DNA of 36,215 nt, taken from the NCBI GenBank assembly GCA_040754655.1, contig JBFMCE010000040.1, positions 1 to 36,215 on the forward strand, written 5' to 3'. The stretch comes from Bdellovibrionota bacterium. GTDB taxonomy: Bacteria; Bdellovibrionota; UBA1018; UBA923. The translations under genes were made by a program, and so were the position numbers. Shown here piece by piece: positions 8,456-16,475 of the stretch. The notes beneath the pieces were generated by a model. It worked only from the letters and a program-made list of their open reading frames with translations. It made no database searches and was not told the DNA's origin. Each line of letters starts with the position of its first letter. The first letter of the stretch is position 1.

Positions 8456-9790
8456 ATGGCGACCAAAGATCGATTTTACATTTCTGATGCTGCCAAAGTT
8501 TGGAGCGAACACCAGTCTAAGGGCGGAACTGGTAATCCACTGGTCACGATCCGGGGTTGGGTTTATCAAAAACGCAGCAGCGGAAAGATCAAGTTCCTCA
8601 TCGTACGTGATGGAACAGCGATGATCCAAGGAGTTCTTGTCAAAGGCGAGTGCGATGACAAGAGTTTTGATGACTTTGAACGGCTCACCCAAGAGAGCTC
8701 AATCATCGTAACCGGTCTGCTCAAAGAACAACCCCGAAGCCCAGGATCGTTTGAGCTGGCGGTGAAGTCGATCGAAGTGCATCACCTTGCTGAGAGTTAC
8801 CCTATTTCTCCCAAAGAGCATGGCGTTGAGTTTTTGATGGAGAATCGCCACCTGTGGGTGCGGTCGTCAAAACAACACGCAGCCCTCAGGGTTCGTTGGG
8901 AGATCATCAAATCGATCCGTGAGTTCTTTGACAGTCGTGAGTTCGTGCTCTTCGATGCTCCGATACTCACGCCCAGCGCTTGCGAGGGAACTTCTACCTT
9001 GTTTTCGACTCCTTATTTCGACAGTAAGGCGTACCTCACCCAATCCGGCCAACTCTACGGCGAAGTGGGAGCGATGGCTTTTGGCAAAGTGTATGTTTTC
9101 GGTCCCACGTTTCGCGCTGAAAAATCAAAAACACGCAAGCACCTCACGGAGTTCTGGATGGTCGAACCAGAAATGGCTTGGTACGACCTTGACGACAACA
9201 TGGCCCTGGCTGAGCAGTTCGTCGAATACATCGTACAGTCGGTGCTTGCTCGCCGCTCAGCGGAACTAAAAACCCTTGAGCGCGACCTCTCAAAACTTGA
9301 AAAGATCAGGGGACCGTTCCCGCGCATCAGTTATAAAGATTCCTTGAAAGTGCTCGAACGTCGCGGCGTAGGAGTTCCCTACGGCGAAGACTTCGGGGCT
9401 CCTCAAGAAACGGCTCTAGGGGAAGAATTCGGCGGAATGCCGGTTTTCGTCCACCGCTTCCCTCAAGAGATCAAAGCTTTTTACTTTAAACGCGACCAGG
9501 AAGACCCAAACTTGGCTCTGGGCTGCGACCTCATCGCTCCGGATGGTTACGGCGAAATCATCGGTGGAGGGCAAAGGGAAGAAGATTACAATACATTGGT
9601 CAGACGCATTGAAGAACACAAGCTGCCGGCAGCGGATTACCAGTGGTATCTTGACCTGAGGCGCTACGGCTCGGTTCCGCATTCAGGTTTCGGGCTTGGC
9701 GTTGAGCGAACCGTCGCATGGATCTGCGGCCTAGATCATGTGCGAGAGACCATCCCTTTTCCGAGGATGATCCATACCCTAAGGCCCTAA
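8456..9790 (+). CDS. asnS: Asparagine--tRNA ligase
   Basis: OB fold; [30 protein letters not shown] and GFGLGVER motifs. Confidence 0.95.
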   Translation: MATKDRFYISDAAKVWSEHQSKGGTGNPLVTIRGWVYQKRSSGKIKFLIVRDGTAMIQGVLVKGECDDKSFDDFERLTQESSIIVTGLLKEQPRSPGSFELAVKSIEVHHLAESYPISPKEHGVEFLMENRHLWVRSSKQHAALRVRWEIIKSIREFFDSREFVLFDAPILTPSACEGTSTLFSTPYFDSKAYLTQSGQLYGEVGAMAFGKVYVFGPTFRAEKSKTRKHLTEFWMVEPEMAWYDLDDNMALAEQFVEYIVQSVLARRSAELKTLERDLSKLEKIRGPFPRISYKDSLKVLERRGVGVPYGEDFGAPQETALGEEFGGMPVFVHRFPQEIKAFYFKRDQEDPNLALGCDLIAPDGYGEIIGGGQREEDYNTLVRRIEEHKLPAADYQWYLDLRRYGSVPHSGFGLGVERTVAWICGLDHVRETIPFPRMIHTLRP

Positions 9791-9803
9791 GGTGATTTAA
9801 GGT

Positions 9804-10292
9804 TTGAGTGATCCAGCAGTACCCTTTCACTATCACATCGTCCTAGTAGAGCCTGAGATTCCGCCGAATACAGGAAACGCTGGAAGACTCTGTGTCGCCA
9901 CTCAAAGCACGCTACACCTCGTGGGAAAATTGGGCTTCTCGATCGACGATAAAGAAGTGCGCAGGGCTGGGCTTGATTACTGGAAACACGTGCGGCTTTT
10001 GACGCACGCAACGTTTGAAGACTGGCTCTCGTGGCACCGTGAGCATGAAGGCGACGCTCCGTTCTTTTTGCTCTCTAAAAAAGCCACCAAAAGCATTTAT
10101 GATGTGAAAGTGCCTGCTCGAGCTGCCTTCGTCTTTGGTAAAGAAACGAAAGGGCTGCCGGAAAGCTTGCTTGAGAGTCATAAAGAAAGGGCGTTTTTGA
10201 TTCCGATGTTCTCGCCAAAAATACGGAGCCTCAACCTTTCAAACGCGGTATCCGTAGTGCTTTACGAGGCGATTCGGCGGCAAATATGTTGA
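9804..10292 (+). CDS. trmL: tRNA (cytidine/uridine-34-2'-O)-methyltransferase
   Basis: EPEIPPNTGN, RRAGLDYW, FGKETKGL and RSLNLSN SPOUT motifs. Confidence 0.95.
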   Translation: MSDPAVPFHYHIVLVEPEIPPNTGNAGRLCVATQSTLHLVGKLGFSIDDKEVRRAGLDYWKHVRLLTHATFEDWLSWHREHEGDAPFFLLSKKATKSIYDVKVPARAAFVFGKETKGLPESLLESHKERAFLIPMFSPKIRSLNLSNAVSVVLYEAIRRQIC

Positions 10293-11080
10293 TGCGACGG
10301 GTTTATCCTTTCATGGTTAGCGCCCTAATGGCCGCGGCGTGCGCAGCCGCCGTTTTTGGCGTTCAAACCGGCTACCGCCTCTACCGAGATTTGTTTCCTG
10401 ACGTTACGGTCCTGAAACATTCTTATCCCGTCGTCTTAGGCGAAACAGAAGATGGAAACCGCCTTGTGTTTCGGTTCCAGAAAAATCGTCCTGCCCAATG
10501 GCGCTCGCTGGGTCAACTTCCGCGCAAAGTGATCGCGGCAATTTTGATGGCTGAGGACAGTAGCTTTTTCCAACACCCGGGCTATTCGGCCGAGGCTATC
10601 CGAGCTGCTTGGGAACACAACCAAAAGCCCGGGGTGAAGATAAAAAGAGGTGGAAGCACGATCACCCAGCAGGTCGTGAAAAACTTGTTCCTTTCGCGTG
10701 AAAAGAAGATGACCCGCAAAGTGCGAGAGCTTCTGTTGGCGGTCGAACTTGAGCGCAAGGTTTCGAAAAAGAGGATCCTAGAGATCTACCTCAACATCGC
10801 GGACTGGGGTGGCGGCATCTATGGCCTCGAAAAGGCCAGCCAGAGATACTTTCAGAAGGGTGCGGCAGAATTATCCCCTAAAGAAGCGGCAATTTTAGCC
10901 TTCATGTTACCGAATCCGGACAGATACCGATACAGTATTCGAGATGGCGAGCTCACGTCTTTTGCGAGTCGCCGCGTAGAAGCGATCTTGGAGCGGATGT
11001 GGAAAACAGGGCAAATTTCCGACGAAGAGTATGCTTCCACTGGCGCCGCATCTATTGACGAGATACCATCGAGTTTATAA
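10286..11080 (+). CDS. mtgA: Monofunctional peptidoglycan transglycosylase (GT51)
   Basis: N-terminal TM; EDxxFxxHxG, GGSTITQQxxKN, RKxxE and KxxILExYLN motifs. Confidence 0.9.
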   Translation: MLMRRVYPFMVSALMAAACAAAVFGVQTGYRLYRDLFPDVTVLKHSYPVVLGETEDGNRLVFRFQKNRPAQWRSLGQLPRKVIAAILMAEDSSFFQHPGYSAEAIRAAWEHNQKPGVKIKRGGSTITQQVVKNLFLSREKKMTRKVRELLLAVELERKVSKKRILEIYLNIADWGGGIYGLEKASQRYFQKGAAELSPKEAAILAFMLPNPDRYRYSIRDGELTSFASRRVEAILERMWKTGQISDEEYASTGAASIDEIPSSL

Positions 11081-11147
11081 GCCGTCCTGATTTGGCTGCA
11101 AGCACGTCAATGTCTTAAGAACGTTTCAACAGGGGAGTTTTCGTTCG

Positions 11148-12437
11148 ATGGGGAAAGTTCGAATCCTGATTCTTGCCATAGGCATCTCGTTCACTCTGGG
11201 TTTTGTTGCGCGTTCCGTCGGGGCCTGGATCTGGGTTGCAACCGCGAAGTTCGATGAGGTCTTGCCAGGGCGAATGCTCACCAAAAGCGAGGTCGCACAG
11301 CTTCTAGGGCGCAGGATGATCTCAGGCGCGCCTCTAAAATCTTCTGAAACCCTCACCTACAAAGACTCTTCTCTCAACGTCCAATACTCGATCGACCCGC
11401 GGCTTCAACAAACGATCGAAGAGAAACTAAAGAAGGGCAAGGTCCCCTACGCTGCTTTCGTTGCGATGGATGCACGCACAGGCCAGATTGTCGCAATGGC
11501 GAGCCACGGACGAGGACAAGAAAACCTGAATCTGCGAGCCTCATTTCCTGCGGCAAGCATTTTCAAGATCGTCACTGCGGCGGCGGCTCTTGAAACAGGG
11601 CGCTTAAGACCCGAGAGTTTGATCCCTGTTCGAGGCGGATACCACACGCTTTATAAACAAAATGTGCTTGCTGGTGGAATTGAACCCTCGCCAAGGAGCC
11701 GCTACACGCGTTTGATTTCTTTTCAAGATGCGCTGGCGAAATCAGTGAATTCAGTTTTCGGCAAAGTGGGCATCTTTGGCGTGGGTCCTGAGAACCTAAA
11801 AAAGATCTCAGAGCGTTTTCAATTCGGACGCCACATCCCTTTTGAAATGCCGGTTGAATTGAGCCATGCTCCGATTCCAGACGACGATTTCGGGATTGCG
11901 GAGGCGGCCTCTGGTTACACGCGAAAAAATACCTTGAGCCCTTTGCATGGCGTTTTGATCGCAGCGGCGGTTGCTAACGACGGCGTGATGATGGAGCCCT
12001 CGATCGTAAGCAGGCTCACCACTCTTGACGGCGATGTGAGATACAATTTTGAACCCAAGACCTTGGATAAAGTGCTCGACCCTCGCACGGCTGAGAATCT
12101 CAGCATCATGATGAATAAGACGATCATCAACGGCACTTCGCGGCATGCGTTTCGAGGTCGTACCCGCAATTCAGTGCTCTCAGAGCTTTTCATTGGCGGA
12201 AAAACTGGCACCTTGAATGGATGGGATCCGGTGGGCCGTTATGATTGGTTCGTCGGATTCGCCGAACATGAAGGCACGAGGCTTGCGGTTGCTGCGCTTT
12301 GCATTCACGATGCTTATCGAGGCGTGAAAGCCTCGCAGATCGCGCGCTCTGCGTTTGAGGCGTATTTCAAACCAGTGGTTGCCGAGAACCCGCCAGAGCG
12401 CATTGGGCACGAGCGGACTCGCAAGAAAACGATTTAA
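11148..12437 (+). CDS. Penicillin-binding protein, transpeptidase domain only
   Basis: N-terminal anchor; SxxK (SIFK), SxN (SVN) and KTG motifs; too short for a GT51 or full pedestal domain. Confidence 0.85.
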   Translation: MGKVRILILAIGISFTLGFVARSVGAWIWVATAKFDEVLPGRMLTKSEVAQLLGRRMISGAPLKSSETLTYKDSSLNVQYSIDPRLQQTIEEKLKKGKVPYAAFVAMDARTGQIVAMASHGRGQENLNLRASFPAASIFKIVTAAAALETGRLRPESLIPVRGGYHTLYKQNVLAGGIEPSPRSRYTRLISFQDALAKSVNSVFGKVGIFGVGPENLKKISERFQFGRHIPFEMPVELSHAPIPDDDFGIAEAASGYTRKNTLSPLHGVLIAAAVANDGVMMEPSIVSRLTTLDGDVRYNFEPKTLDKVLDPRTAENLSIMMNKTIINGTSRHAFRGRTRNSVLSELFIGGKTGTLNGWDPVGRYDWFVGFAEHEGTRLAVAALCIHDAYRGVKASQIARSAFEAYFKPVVAENPPERIGHERTRKKTI

Positions 12438-12511
12438 GGTTTCTACGCCGACACTGCTAAGGCAATCCATTATATACATTTCATTGACTTAAGCGCCGAT
12501 GACCGATAAGC

Positions 12512-13174
12512 GTGGTCGCGATGCGACTGGGTTTTTTAATCCGAATCACGAGATCTCACATTAAATATATTTTGTTTTTTGTCGTTTTCTCAAATCCCTC
12601 AACTGCCTCGGAAATTGGCTCATGCGCCACGCTCCTTAAAGCGCATAGGTTGTATGGATTTCTGGAAAAAATTCCGGTCTACAATTTGATCTTCAACGGT
12701 TACCCTGAGAACTCGCATCCCATAAAACGACCCATCGATGATCTCGACGTCAGACTTTGGAGTATGTCAGGAGAACGCAAGTGGGCCGAATCAGGCGCGT
12801 GGCGACTCATCTCATATTCCGGAGAGGTGCTTGCGGAAAAGCTTGTGCCCGGGGAGTTGGGGTTTATTGCTGACATCGATGTTCACCTGAAGGAACTCGC
12901 TGATGAAGCGATCAACCAAATGAAAATCGATCCTCGGTCGATTGAGCTTGCCTCATTTCGACACACGCATACGTCCCGCGCAGTATCGGGAATCGCGATC
13001 CCTTCACACTTTTCCAAAGGCGATGGCGAAGCGACCCAGATTTTACGAAAGATCCTTGATGAAGACCCCGCCCTAAGTCACGTCCATCTTGAATCTCAGA
13101 TCATCTTTCAGGGGAACCCTTCGTGGAAACTCATGAAGAAAGCCTATGTCTTGAAATCGGCGCACCCGCGATAG
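12512..13174 (+). CDS. Hypothetical protein with JAB/MPN-like motif, possibly exported (start uncertain)
   Basis: 220-aa ORF filling an otherwise empty gap; E...HTH-x14-SKGD; short hydrophobic N-terminal stretch. Confidence 0.55.
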   Translation: MVAMRLGFLIRITRSHIKYILFFVVFSNPSTASEIGSCATLLKAHRLYGFLEKIPVYNLIFNGYPENSHPIKRPIDDLDVRLWSMSGERKWAESGAWRLISYSGEVLAEKLVPGELGFIADIDVHLKELADEAINQMKIDPRSIELASFRHTHTSRAVSGIAIPSHFSKGDGEATQILRKILDEDPALSHVHLESQIIFQGNPSWKLMKKAYVLKSAHPR

Positions 13175-13244
13175 TTTGTAGACCAAACCGGGCATTCTCG
13201 CCATGAGAGCCTCTGGTTACGTTAGTGCTGTACCCGAAACCACC

Positions 13245-13385
13245 TCATGTTCGTCTTAAATAGCAGTAGGCAAGATCAACCAGAAGTAACAGAGCCTTGG
13301 CTAAGACGATAACGAGTTCCACTTCAGTTTTCTTCAGTTTGACCCGACAAAGAGAGAGTAAGAATTGCTTCTTTTTTCTCTTCAT
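13245..13385 (-). CDS. Small 46-aa basic/amphipathic protein, candidate type I toxin
   Basis: Hand translation MKRKKKQFLLSLCRVKLKKTEVELVIVLAKALLLLVDLAYCYLRRT; strong SD AAGGGGTG 9 nt upstream; below the ORF track cutoff. Confidence 0.6.
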   Translation of the reverse strand: MKRKKKQFLLSLCRVKLKKTEVELVIVLAKALLLLVDLAYCYLRRT

Positions 13386-13437
13386 AATGAATCACACCCC
13401 TTTCTTGTGGGGAAAGAGGGTAAGTCCATCTACAGTA

Positions 13438-13481
13438 CCCGGTTTGGCGAAGCCCATTGAGCAAAGGGCACGCCAACCGGG
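13438..13481. other. GC-rich RNA hairpin in the leader of the small ORF
   Basis: CCCGGTTTGGCG / CGCCAACCGGG outer stem with an inner GCCC/GGGC stem. Confidence 0.7.
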
Positions 13482-13608
13482 ATAGCCTAAAAATAAAGCT
13501 TCTTAGGTTTCAAAAGTTCATAAATTCGGTTGCCGGTAAGCAATCTTGTTCATCGTCCTGCCGCTAAGGCCGGGCCGTTCTAGGAATCTCGCGGAAGCCT
13601 CTCAACAT

Positions 13609-13637
13609 TTGACAGCCCACCCTTCCCCCGATAGAAC
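13609..13637 (+). promoter_or_regulatory. Putative sigma-70 promoter of the aldolase-mtnP-dcw transcript
   Basis: TTGACA-N17-TAGAAC, about 35 bp before the ATG at 13673. Confidence 0.5.
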
Positions 13638-13672
13638 CAGCCGCAAGCTTTTAAAGGTTGGCTTAAAGATTT

Positions 13673-14338
13673 ATGACGAGTTACGGCCTTCGCAAAGAAA
13701 TGATCCGCTACGCCCATCGCTTAGACGCCAAAGGTTTTGTCGCAAACCACGATGGTAATCTCTCGGCACGCATGGGCGATGAAACAAGGTTTCTCGCAAC
13801 CCCCACTGCGCGCGCGAAGTTTGATCTCAAAGAATCAGACCTGATCGTCGTCGATCAGACCGGAAAAACCAAAGCCGGCGCCGGCCGCATTTTCAGTGAA
13901 TGGGCTTATCATTCTGAAATCTACGCGCAGCTCCCTTCTACGAAATGCGTGGTGCATGCGCATCCCCCTTTTGCCTCAAGCTACGCGCTTGCAGCCCAAG
14001 CGCTGCCGCTTGATTTTTGGCCTGAAGCGGTGGTGAGTTTGGGATTGTTCGTCCCATGCATCTCACCGGCAGCGGGCTCGGAATCCGTGCCACGCGTAGG
14101 AGCCGCTGCCCGCGTGGCGTCTGCTTGCCTCGTACAAGGCAACGGAATCTTTGCGTGGGGAGACTCGATAGAGCAGGCCTATTTGAGGCTTGAGCTGGTT
14201 GAGCATCTTGCGCAAATTTACGCTTTAGCGCAGCGGAGCGGAACATTGAGGCATCTGCCTTCAGACGCCTTGCAAGAGCTCATGCAGAAACGAAAAAAAG
14301 CAGGGCTGTTAGCGCCCGAGGAGCGCATCCATGGCTGA
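13673..14338 (+). CDS. Class II aldolase/adducin family protein (FucA/MtnB/Ald2-like)
   Basis: GNLSAR, TPT, SEWAYH and VVHAHPP motifs. Confidence 0.85.
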   Translation: MTSYGLRKEMIRYAHRLDAKGFVANHDGNLSARMGDETRFLATPTARAKFDLKESDLIVVDQTGKTKAGAGRIFSEWAYHSEIYAQLPSTKCVVHAHPPFASSYALAAQALPLDFWPEAVVSLGLFVPCISPAAGSESVPRVGAAARVASACLVQGNGIFAWGDSIEQAYLRLELVEHLAQIYALAQRSGTLRHLPSDALQELMQKRKKAGLLAPEERIHG

Positions 14339-15194
14339 CCGAAAAGAAGCGATCGCCATCATTGGCGGAAGCGGCTTGTACGAGATGGAAGGTTTTCAGT
14401 CTCGCAGATCGCACCGGTTGACCACTCCATTCGGAAGACCCTCGGATGCTATTGTTGAAGGCAGATTGCATGGCCGGAAGGTTTTCTTCCTGCCTCGGCA
14501 TGGAAAAGGCCATCGCATCTCGCCCTCTGAGATCAACTTCAGGGCGAATATCTTTGCGTTAAAGAAACTGGGCGTCAGAAACATCTTTTCAGTAAGCGCC
14601 GTAGGAAGCTTGCAGGAAAAGTACGCTCCAGGACACTTCGTTCTGGTCGATCAATTCATTGACCGTACCAAGGGCATTCGAAAGAGCAGTTTCTTTGGCG
14701 AAGGCGTGGTAGGCCACGTCTCTCTTGCACAACCCATTTGCGGCGGGCTGCTTGAAGCGGTGGCCTCGGCAACCAAAGACATCGATTTGACCGTCCATAG
14801 GGGCGGAACTTACTTGTGCATGGAAGGGCCAGGTTTCTCAACCCGCGCTGAGAGCAAGATCAACCATGGCAATGGCACTTCGGTCATCGGCATGACCAAC
14901 GTCCCCGAGGCCTACCTCGCAAGAGAAGCGGGGCTCTGTTATTGCACGATCGCCATGGTGACTGATTACGATAGCTGGAATGAACATGAAGAAGCCGTGA
15001 GCGTTGAAACAGTCATCGCGCTGATGAAGCAGAATGTGGTCAGGGCAAAACAAGTGCTCTCAAAAGCCATTGCTAACCTCGCCGATCGGCCCACTTGTTC
15101 ATGCCGAAAAGCCGCTCAGCATGCCGTCATGACCGATCCAAAACTCATTCCCAGCAAACTCAAACCCATGCTCAAGGTATTGCTCAGCTCATGA
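14331..15194 (+). CDS. mtnP: S-methyl-5'-thioadenosine phosphorylase
   Basis: IIGGSGLY, TPFGRPS, PRHG, AVGSL, EGPGFSTRAES, IGMT and VTDYDSW motifs. Confidence 0.93.
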   Translation: MADRKEAIAIIGGSGLYEMEGFQSRRSHRLTTPFGRPSDAIVEGRLHGRKVFFLPRHGKGHRISPSEINFRANIFALKKLGVRNIFSVSAVGSLQEKYAPGHFVLVDQFIDRTKGIRKSSFFGEGVVGHVSLAQPICGGLLEAVASATKDIDLTVHRGGTYLCMEGPGFSTRAESKINHGNGTSVIGMTNVPEAYLAREAGLCYCTIAMVTDYDSWNEHEEAVSVETVIALMKQNVVRAKQVLSKAIANLADRPTCSCRKAAQHAVMTDPKLIPSKLKPMLKVLLSS

Positions 15195-16123
15195 CTGAAA
15201 ACCGCCATGTTCCTGTTCTATTGGCCGAGGTACTGCAAGCGTTCAAACCCTTGGAACGACAAGACCAAGCCACGCTCGTTGACGGCACATTAGGTGGAGG
15301 CGGACATACCGTTGCCCTGCTAAAGGCCTACCCAGGACTTAAAATCCTGGGTTGCGACGCCGATGCTTCAGCGATCGCAGGAGTTCAGGAACGCGCGAAG
15401 GAATTCGTAGAGCAAAACAGGCTCAGCTTTTTTCACGGCAACTTCTCGCGATTGATCGCGGAAGAGTCGTTGAGTAAATTCCAAAATGAGTTTAGCCCCC
15501 CTTGGAGCGGCCTGCTCTTAGACCTCGGCTATTCATCAAACCAACTTGAAGACCCGATATATGGCATGAGCTTCTCGAAAGACGGCCCGCTTGACATGCG
15601 TTTGATGAGGGACTCTGAGAAACTCTCGACCGGCGAATCTACTGCATGGACCATTCTCACTGAGTCTTCAGATCAAGAATTAGGTGATATCCTGAAAGCC
15701 TATGGTGAAATACCAGCGGCACACAAGCTAGCCGCTCAAATCAGTGAAGCCATCTCAATAGGAAAAGTTAAAAACTCAACTCTTAGCCTCGCCCAATTTC
15801 TTGAGCGCGCACGGCCCAAGCGGCATAAACATGACATTCACCCAGCCACCTTGGTCTTTCAAGCATTGCGCATTGCGACTAACGACGAACTTCGAGTGCT
15901 GGATCATTTTCTAGAAGGTGTTATCCTTAAACTCAAGGGTTCGGCGGTAATTGCGATCATCACCTTTCATTCGCTGGAAGACCGCCTTGTGAAGCGTTGG
16001 GGGCAACGGCACAAGGGAGTCTTGAATGCACTGACCAAGAAACCCGTCGTGGCAGGTGCTGAAGAAACTGCAGCCAATCCGAGGTCAAGAAGCGCAAAGC
16101 TTCGAGTTTACGAAAAGCGGTAG
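15191..16123 (+). CDS. rsmH: 16S rRNA m4C1402 methyltransferase
   Basis: HVPVLL, DGTLGGGGH, DLGYSS, PLDMR, FHSLEDR and NPRSRSAKLR motifs; ATGA overlap with the mtnP stop. Confidence 0.95.
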   Translation: MTENRHVPVLLAEVLQAFKPLERQDQATLVDGTLGGGGHTVALLKAYPGLKILGCDADASAIAGVQERAKEFVEQNRLSFFHGNFSRLIAEESLSKFQNEFSPPWSGLLLDLGYSSNQLEDPIYGMSFSKDGPLDMRLMRDSEKLSTGESTAWTILTESSDQELGDILKAYGEIPAAHKLAAQISEAISIGKVKNSTLSLAQFLERARPKRHKHDIHPATLVFQALRIATNDELRVLDHFLEGVILKLKGSAVIAIITFHSLEDRLVKRWGQRHKGVLNALTKKPVVAGAEETAANPRSRSAKLRVYEKR

Positions 16124-16211
16124 TTTTTGGGAACCGCGTTTACTTGTAGCGGAAGCAAGCAGCTTAAGTTCGAAAGGCTTGCGGATCCAGCACGCGCGTG
16201 GGGATGCAACA

Positions 16212-16475
16212 ATGCGGGGAAAACACTTTGCCATTATCGCTTTAGTCACCGCGATGACATTCGCATTCGTATGGGTGCGCCTTCGAATCGTCAGCACAAG
16301 CTACGACATCAATACCCTTTCAAAACAAGAACGCTCATTGCGGGAAGAGTGCAATACGCTCTCGCTGAAAATCAACGAAGCAAAATCACCCCGCCGCCTT
16401 GAACAGCTGGCTGCGACAAAGTTTAAGATGGGACCACCGCGGCCCGGCCAAGTCGTGCTCTTAGAAGAAAAATGA
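16212..16475 (+). CDS. ftsL: Cell division protein FtsL
   Basis: Short basic N-terminus, TM helix, coiled coil, SPRRLEQLA...KMGPP; lies between rsmH and ftsI. Confidence 0.85.
   Translation: MRGKHFAIIALVTAMTFAFVWVRLRIVSTSYDINTLSKQERSLREECNTLSLKINEAKSPRRLEQLAATKFKMGPPRPGQVVLLEEK

Noticed and set aside
13297..13485. Plus-strand 62-aa ORF
   Set aside because: No SD and no recognisable features; the opposite-strand 46-aa ORF has a strong SD.
13420..13672. SAM/SAH-type riboswitch upstream of aldolase-mtnP
   Set aside because: No recognisable consensus, and a nearer promoter leaves only a short leader. An Rfam scan would settle it.
15095..15190. Extended rsmH N-terminus (likewise ftsL 16056, murF 20012, ftsW 27724, cytochrome 27601)
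   Set aside because: Longest-ORF artefacts overlapping upstream genes or promoters; family motifs begin later.
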